Assembly: GCA_951406725.2 (NCBI GenBank)
Contig: OX597826.1
Span: 70,990,001 to 71,054,000, forward strand
Direction: 5' to 3'
Length of the DNA: 64,000 nt
Origin: Octopus vulgaris
Taxonomy: Eukaryota
In this document: piece after piece, positions 56,785 to 64,000 of the stretch
Layout: each line of letters begins with the position of its first letter
How positions within the stretch are numbered: position 1 is the first letter of the stretch
Position numbers and translations under genes: made by a program
Notes under the pieces: generated by a model
Seen by the model: only the letters and a program-made list of their open reading frames with translations
What the model was told of the DNA's origin: nothing
Database searches by the model: none

Positions 56785-57182
56785 GGGGCACTTGTGGTGG
56801 CGATGATGGGGGGGGCGGTGGTGGTGGGTGGTGGTACGTAGTGGTGGTGGTGGTGGTGGTGGTGGTGGTGATGGTGGTGGTGGTGGTGGGTGGTGGTAGG
56901 TGGTGGTGGTGGTGGTGGCGATGATGGGGGCGGTGGTGGTGGTGGTGGTGATGGTGGTGGTGGTGGCACTTGTGGTGGCGATGATGGGGGCGGTGGTGGT
57001 GGTGGTGGTGGTGGTGGCGATGATGGGGCGAAGATGGGGGCGGTGGTGGTAGTGGTGACGATGTTGGTGGTGGTGTTGGTGGTGGTGGTGGTGGTGGTGG
57101 TGGCGATGATGGGGGCGGCGGTGGTGGTGGTGACGATGGTGGTGGTGGTGATGGTGGTGGTGGTGGTCGTCGTCGTCGTCGT
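56785..57182. repeat. (GGT)n-rich tract
   Basis: Direct inspection. Confidence 0.92.
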
Positions 57183-57586
57183 GAAAGAGAATGATGAATG
57201 ACAGATCTTAGAAGCCATTGAATGTTCTCATCTCATCTCAATACATCCATCCATCCAACACAAGAAATCCAGTTTAATTGAATTGTGACGTAAAAGATAA
57301 CCTCGTCCTAAATTCACCTCGACGCCTACAACCGTCGCCATCAACCCCACCGCTAACGCTAATCCTGCTCCTAACGCTCCCCCACCCCCATCCACCATTT
57401 ACAGACTGAAACAGCGACTCGCTCGCTAAAGCTGGTGGATCTTTTACGCGAGACAACTCACTTAGCTACTGAAAAGAATTAAAACAATTAATTCTACAGG
57501 AGTGTGTATTTTAGTTACATGCGTGTGCAGGTGGGTATACATACATGTAAGGCATACATACATGTAAGGTATATATATATATATAA

Positions 57587-57655
<69 letters not shown>

Positions 57656-57658
57656 ATA

Positions 57659-58030
57659 TCTATATATATATATATATATAAAACTGAGAATGTGTGTCTG
57701 TCTGTACGTTTCCCTAAAACTTGAGAATTACACAACCAATTTCATTCAAATTTAACGCATGCCTTACTTAGGGTCCGGGGAGAGTCATCGGCAAAAAAGA
57801 TTTGAACTTTTAGCCTAGAGCGAGCCCACAGCAATATCATATCTTCTCCACTACGATTCCCTAAAACCAGAGAACAACACAACCAATTTCATTCAAATTT
57901 TAGACATGCCTTACTTAGGGTCCATGTAGATCCATGGGCAAAAAAAATGTTCAACTTCTTGCCTAGGACGAGCCCATAGCAATATGATATCTTCTCCACT
58001 ATTTCAGTATTACGTGTTATGAGTGAAACT
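57659..58030 (+). mobile_element. Helitron-like 5' portion with ~147-bp internal tandem duplication
   Basis: A|TCTATATA..AAAACTGAGAATGTGTGTCTGTCTG; TTCCCTAAAAC..ATCTTCTCCACTA repeated at ~57710 and ~57857. Confidence 0.6.
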
Positions 58031-58144
58031 GAGGGGACAGTGGGAATGTTGAGTGGTGTGTGTGTGTATGTGTGAAGAATGGGTTTTAATGAAAAGAGGT
58101 GGAGAATTTAGACCACGAGGGAGTGAAGTATGGAGAGAGAAAAT

Positions 58145-59010
58145 TAATTCCTGCTCCAGAATTTTCTTGCTGCTTCAGCATCTGGCATATCCTTCGCCTG
58201 ATGCTGCTCTTCATTGTTCAGTTGTTTACAGAATTTTCTTTCTTGTTCTTCAAGAGTCTGTTCTGTCTGCACTGACATTTTCTCTGTTAACATGTTTTGT
58301 TTTAATTTTTTTTGTTTTTTTTCTTTTTTTTTCTTATGAGACTGCTTTGAATGTTTTTCTTTTTTCCTTTTTTTTGCTTTTTTTTCTTGAGACTGCTTTG
58401 ATTTTTGTTTTTCTTTTTGTTTTCTACCTTAGCTCTTCTTCAGCTACTTGCAGTCTTTTGTGTCTAAGCAGTTCGTTCCAGTCTCTTTCCCTCATCCTCT
58501 TCTTTCTTATGATTACATCTATTCGTCCAAGATCTCTCTTGAGCTGCTGTTCAATTTGATTCTCAAGTCTTCATTACCATCATGGAACTTTGTCCTTTGT
58601 TTTCTTTTGGCTTTTAGCCCCAAAGATTTGTACCGCAACAGAAGTTGTCCAGTATATAAGGCCATTTAGATCTGTTGTATTTTCAATATTGGTTTTCCTT
58701 AACAGCTCAGCCATCTTTTTCACTGCTTAGTTTTCCTACTTCGATTCCTCTCAGAGCTGTTTCTCTCATTGTTTCAGTATTTTGTGCTGCATGAGGCTCT
58801 GTGGTAAACTCCTTTCTTCCTTTGTCACAACCTTTCGTTCCATGAAATAAAAGTTGCCTTCATCTGAGCAGCTGTTTCTTTTGCGAAAATTTATTGGCCT
58901 CTCTACCAAACCATATTCTTGCTCTGCTTCCTTTTCTTCGTGAACAGCGTAGTCATGCTCACATTCTTTCACTATTGCGGAGATCTCCTTCACTTCCAAC
59001 TGGGATAACC
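58145..59010 (-). pseudogene. R4/Dong-clade non-LTR retrotransposon remnant (pre-RT region)
   Basis: TNIENTTDLNGLIYWTTSVAVQIFG..KVP*W**RLENQIEQQLKRDLGRI resembles the R4 motif ELN.LIYA..P.WK.RLE..I..LR.DL. Confidence 0.65.
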
Positions 59011-59161
59011 TCTTGTCTTTCGCCGGGCAAAGTAATTAGCGATATTTCGTCAGCCTTTACGTTCTGAGTTCAAATTCTGCCGAAGTACCAGATGAGCACT
59101 GGGGTCGATGTAATTGACTTACCCACCCTAATAAAAATATTTGAAACCATTATTATTGTTA

Positions 59162-59716
59162 TTGAGTGAGAGAGCAGTGCATGCCATCAAAGTGACACTG
59201 GGGTAAAATATACGAAGCCCAGTATACCTATCATGACTACCCGTCTCAAAGGATACACCAGGCACATGCATCACAACCATATGTGCGCGACATGGTGATC
59301 TCATATCAAGATAGACAGCGCCTGACCTTGCAGTTTGGACCCAGTTAGAATTTTCCTCTGGTCGAATAGCCCATCCCGCTCAAAAGGTCCCTGAATAAGG
59401 ATTGTTTAAGGATGTTGAACGAACTACCAAAGTTTCCAGAGGTGAATTATCCTAACCTCTAAGAATTCCTTTCAACATACAGCTATGATGCTCCCCCACT
59501 ACCTCTGCTCGTGATCAGAGATGCACATATCGCCAGCCACTAAGGGACATGCTCAACTGGTTAAGGTCAAACAACTGACAAGCAAATATGTGGTACTGAG
59601 CAGAATATTTGCTGTAGCCCATCTTTTATACCAAGAAAAAACTGTACATGATAACACTTCCAATCAGTTAAGATCAGGAGCCATGAGAGCCACTGTCTGC
59701 TACTGCATCAGGGCAT
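59162..59716. mobile_element. ~550-bp non-coding element inserted in a (TAT)n tract; probable R4/Dong-associated UTR or non-autonomous element
   Basis: Complex sequence bounded by (TAT)n on both sides, between two R4/Dong remnants; classification is inference. Confidence 0.4.
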
Positions 59717-59735
59717 TTATTATTATTATTATTAT

Positions 59736-59815
<80 letters not shown>

Positions 59816-59949
59816 AGGCGGCGAACTTACAGAATCGTTAGCATGCTGGACAAAATACTGAGCGGCATTTCATCCGTCTTTGCGCTCTGAGTTCAAACTT
59901 CGCCCAGGTCGCAACCAATACGATATTTTCGTATAAAATTTGGAGAGTA

Positions 59950-61995
59950 AATAACTCTAATTTAAAAGTTTGTCGATTGACAACAGACTAGCAAACGTAA
60001 GAAAGAAATATTCAAGGAGCAAAAAAGATATCAGAAATGTAAATAGGAGGCTTAAAAGAAAGAACTTATAGGGAAAGCACAATAGTAAACGGAAAACAAA
60101 CATCGAGAATAAAAAAAAACACACTAAGAAAGAAAAACCACAATCATAGATCTAACCCGTGCAAAGCAAAATAAACTGCAAAATACAAGAATGCCAAGAC
60201 CAAAGAACATCTTCAGAATATTGACCAAAAAACCGATCCAGAACTACAAATAAAATGATTGATAAAACGAATATTGGAAACAAGAATTAAGAATAGAGAA
60301 TTCTAGAGATGGAAATTCTGTAAAAGATAATAATCAAAAGGTGGAAATGGTTAAATTTAAATCTATAGAAGTTGTTTCTATGAACCGTGGAAAGTATTTC
60401 TAAATAATAAAACTTGATAGTATAATAGCAACAACAATTAGAATACACAAATTTGGCCATCGCAGTCTTCATAAATATTAATATCACTTGGATAAACTGA
60501 ATAATATATGCAGCAGCCATAATGGTTACAGGGGATTTTGGGCACTCCCTCGTATCTATTCATATAGGAATATCAAAACCCAAGCAAGCCATGTGGAAAA
60601 TAAATCGTATAAAGAAAATATTGAAGCTAAAAGACAATAGTTCTCAATTCTTCGTGAAATCAATAGCGATAAAACATAAACTAAAGGAAAAGGAAAGATA
60701 AATACCGCTGGAATATAATAATGGTACAAAAAGAAACTCGAAGTATTCGAAACCAAAGAATGCCTGAAACAAGAGGTTTTTTAAATCACAAAGAATCCGC
60801 CGTATGAGAAGAGATGATTCTTTGAACAAATCAGTTTGATTCCAAACAAAAATGATTTTATAAAGAATTAGGTAAAAAAGAAAACATAAAATCGATGCGG
60901 CACCATCAGCAAAAGAAGTTGAAGAATTCTGAAGGGGAGCTTGGACTGCAAAATAATCATTACGGGCAAAATTGTTCAAAACAGCAGATGCAGCAGCAGA
61001 ACATTGAAGTAGATCAAATACATAAATTAATCACCAGGACCTTGGAAGACATCAGAAAATTGTCAAATCTCAAACTTCTGTTCAAAATATTTAACGAACA
61101 CGCGTAAGTTACTCTTTTACTCTTTTACTTGTTTCACTTGTTTCAGTCATTTGACTGCGGCCATGCTGGAACACCGCCTTTTAGTCGAGCAAATCGACCC
61201 CGGGACCTATTCTTTGTAAACCCAGTACTTATTCTATCGGTCTCTTTTGCCGAACCGCTAAGTGACGAGGACGTAAACACACCAGCGTCGGTTGTCAAGC
61301 AATGCTAGGGAGACAACCACAGACACACAAACACACACACACATATATATAGATACATATATACGACAGGCTTCTTTCAGTTTCCGTCTGCCAAATCCAC
61401 TCACAAGGCATTGGTCGGTCCGGAACTATAGCAGAAGACACTTGCCCAAGATGCCACGCAGTGGGACTGAACCCGGAACAATATGGTTGGTTAGCAAGCC
61501 ACTTACCACACATCTACTCCTGTTATTTAAGAAACAGAAAACAAATTGTTACTGTTGCTCTGAGGAAACAACGTATTTTCATCCCCAGTTCTTTGAAAAC
61601 TACAAACCTATAATCTACATCCCTACGATTGGCAAAGCTTTAATTGCAATAAACATGGTAGGTAAATAAATAGCTAGAAAAAAATAACAAATTGCTGAAA
61701 GAAAAACAGGAATGTAGCAAAGCCTCGGAGCTTGTTGCAAAGATCAACTACTAATCGACAAAGGCATAACCAAAGACAAGTGGTTTGAACATGGCACTTA
61801 TTGATTAGTAGAAGGCTTTTTCATTGTTCTGTAGACGTGGATCCTGGAAATATACGCCATGGGCGGTGTAGCACTAATAATAGGCAGAAACTTCAAATAA
61901 TCCATGCGTAAATGGCTACCAATTATGCAGGGATAATTACTAATCGTATCCCTTCTCCATAAGAAAAGTATTATTCCAAGTAAACTTCTCTTTCT
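59950..61995 (+). pseudogene. R4/Dong-clade LINE remnant including the reverse-transcriptase N-terminal part
   Basis: IIYAAAIMVT, APSAKEVEEF*RGAW, ENYKPIIYIPTIGKALIAI, CKDQLLIDKGI and LNMALID**KAF are collinear R4-type RT motifs. Confidence 0.8.
61110..61522 (-). mobile_element. SINE family D inserted in the R4/Dong remnant
   Basis: Reverse complement of 49420-49823. Confidence 0.9.
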
Positions 61996-62069
61996 CCCTC
62001 TTTATAATTGTCTCTCTGTCTGTCACACACACACACACGCACACAAATTCTCTCTCTCTCTCTCTCTCT

Positions 62070-62136
<67 letters not shown>

Positions 62137-62154
62137 TGTGTGTGTATGTGTGTG

Positions 62155-62200
<46 letters not shown>

Positions 62201-62559
62201 GTATTGACGAGTCGTGTCCTGTCTTGCCTTCGAAACACGCTAAGTCTACTAGTGACAGCTGATGAAGGGGATTTTTCCTTGTGTAGCATGTCTTGTACCT
62301 TGTTTTTCCGTTGTAAATAATGTTTTTCCCGTTTTCGTTCTCGTCCTGTTCCACGTCTCTGTCTTTCTGTTGTAACAAAATGGCTTTTCCGTTTTCGTTT
62401 CTGTTGAGTTTTACGTCTTTTTGTGGTGTCCTGTACGTATATATATTTATATATGCATGTATATATACATGTAGATGTCGGTACGTACATATATGTTTGT
62501 ATGTATGCATATATTTTATTTATTACGCTATATATATATATAAAAGGATATTATTGTTT

Positions 62560-63005
62560 ACAATAATATCAAGTGGCATAGCATACGTAAAAAACCGTAA
62601 AGGTAATACTTTAAGGTAAAAAAAATTATTAATTAACAATTAAGGGTGCTACAAGTAGCATCAGCACGCTAGAAATCAGCTGTCAGAAGACGACTGCAAC
62701 CACAGATTTTCACTGATACACATTATTTGAAATCGGGAGAAGGAGCAGACATTCCAAGCCCCCTTACCAATAACGGAAAGAATCGTAAATTTAAAAGCCA
62801 GATAGACCCGTATCGTCATGATTTCAAACTTTGTGAAAACGTCCCTTAGTTGTTCTCAGCGAGTCTTACTGACCCAAGGGTCATAGAAACTGCCCACCTT
62901 AACATTGTGCGCGATGACCGTTAATTATCAGTTAATAATTTTTTTTTACCATATGCTATTACCTTTATGGCCTTTTACGCATGTTATGCCACTTGGTATT
63001 ATTGT
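62560..63005. repeat. Diverged ~88-bp inverted repeat (62560-62647 / 62917-63005) between TA tracts
   Basis: CAATAATA(T/C)CAAGTGGCATA..AAAGGTAATA..GGTAAAAAAAA(A)TTATTAA in opposite orientations; roughly 80% identity by eye. Confidence 0.8.
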
Positions 63006-63765
63006 TTATATGCATATATATATATATATATATATATATTACTTGTATTATTACATGATTGAATGCCACGCATCCATTTCCAAGTAAGTTTATCTTAATA
63101 ATTTTGATGCGAATCTAGCCTGTACTGTTCTCTCTCTCCCCCTTTCGTTTTTTTCTCTCTCTCTCATTCTTTCTCTAATTCTTTTTTCTCTCCTTCACCG
63201 TTTTCTATCTCCCTCATCCTCCTTTACTCTCTCTCTCTCTCTCTCGTTGCTTACACGTGACCATCATTCATCTTTCTTTTTCTTCAGTTTGCCGCCCAGA
63301 CCAGACACATTCTTATCTTTCTCCTTTCCTATCTTTTCTCTTGTCAAAGAATATTCCTCCAGCGTTCGCTACCTTACCTCGTCTGGCCTAACGGCCCTCC
63401 ATGTTTGTTTCGTTTGGTTTGTTGTGTGTCTTCTCTTCTCTGTCCTGTTTTTGTTACCAATTTTGACCCTCCGCAAATCCCAAATTTATTTTGGTTCGCA
63501 GGAGCAACTGTTTTTCGAAGCCTCATAGTGTCGTTAATTGCTCGAAACGTGGAGTAGAGGAACAGCCGGCAACTGATGAAGGGTCGTTGTTTATGCAACT
63601 TGTCTTGTTTTCCATTTGTTTCTCTCGTTGTTCGCATACCCAAGTTTGCCTTCGTATTTCATGTTGTGTACGTTTTGTGACGTCCTGTATTCATATATGC
63701 ATATATAGATACATATATATATACGTAAGTATGTACATATATGTATGCATATATGCATATAGATC

Positions 63766-63975
63766 GCCATGTTGATTCGCTAGCCTCTGTACGCATTTTT
63801 TTCTCTCCTTGTTTCTTTCTGTGTTTCTTTTCTGTATATCTTTCTGTTGAAGAGCGTAGGCTCGAAACGTAAAAGACTTGTTTTATTTATATTCCTGAGC
63901 GCCATACTAATACAATCGTTTGTTTGTATTCCACCTGCCTTCGTCTTTTGTCTATTTTCATAAAGCATCCCGTTA
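63766..63975 (+). mobile_element. Penelope-like terminal-repeat fragment ending in (TA)n
   Basis: Homologous to 22461-22672 and 26742-26935. Confidence 0.65.
63839..63876 (+). ncRNA. Minimal type I hammerhead-like motif (variant core CTGTTGA)
   Basis: TCTTT-CTGTTGA-A-GAGC(GTAG)GCTC-GAAACGT-A-AAAGA. Confidence 0.6.
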
Positions 63976-64000
63976 TATATATATATATATATATATATAT

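Noticed and set aside
54376-57218. Mucin/extensin-like Pro/Thr and Gly-rich ORFs
   Set aside because: GGT/GTT microsatellites open in most frames; no signal peptide or exon evidence

Overview
Gene-poor, extremely repeat-rich animal DNA, most likely an Octopus genome. This is inferred from the tRNA-derived SINE families and the dense TA/TACA/TG/CAT/TAA microsatellites; no database search was possible. I found no host protein-coding exon I can support, and nearly every long ORF in the track is a microsatellite translation. The window is a mosaic of at least four tRNA-SINE families (many with clear target-site duplications), fossil mariner and hAT transposons, non-autonomous Helitrons, R4/Dong, RTE and Gypsy remnants, and Penelope-like (PLE) pieces. 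Three patterns stand out. (1) A recurring architecture in (TA)n tracts, arm - spacer - inverted arm + extra tail. It is anchored by a Penelope GIY-YIG fragment at 33.7-34.8 kb and recurs as near-perfect hairpins at 1.5, 2.2, 28.5 and 62.6 kb. (2) Hammerhead-ribozyme-like folds in the PLE repeats whose helices covary but whose cores are non-canonical (CCGANGA, CUGUUGA). (3) One SINE family present as dimer, trimer and tetramer with the same 184-bp headless unit junction, each array enclosed by a single TSD, implying multimers retroposed as one event.
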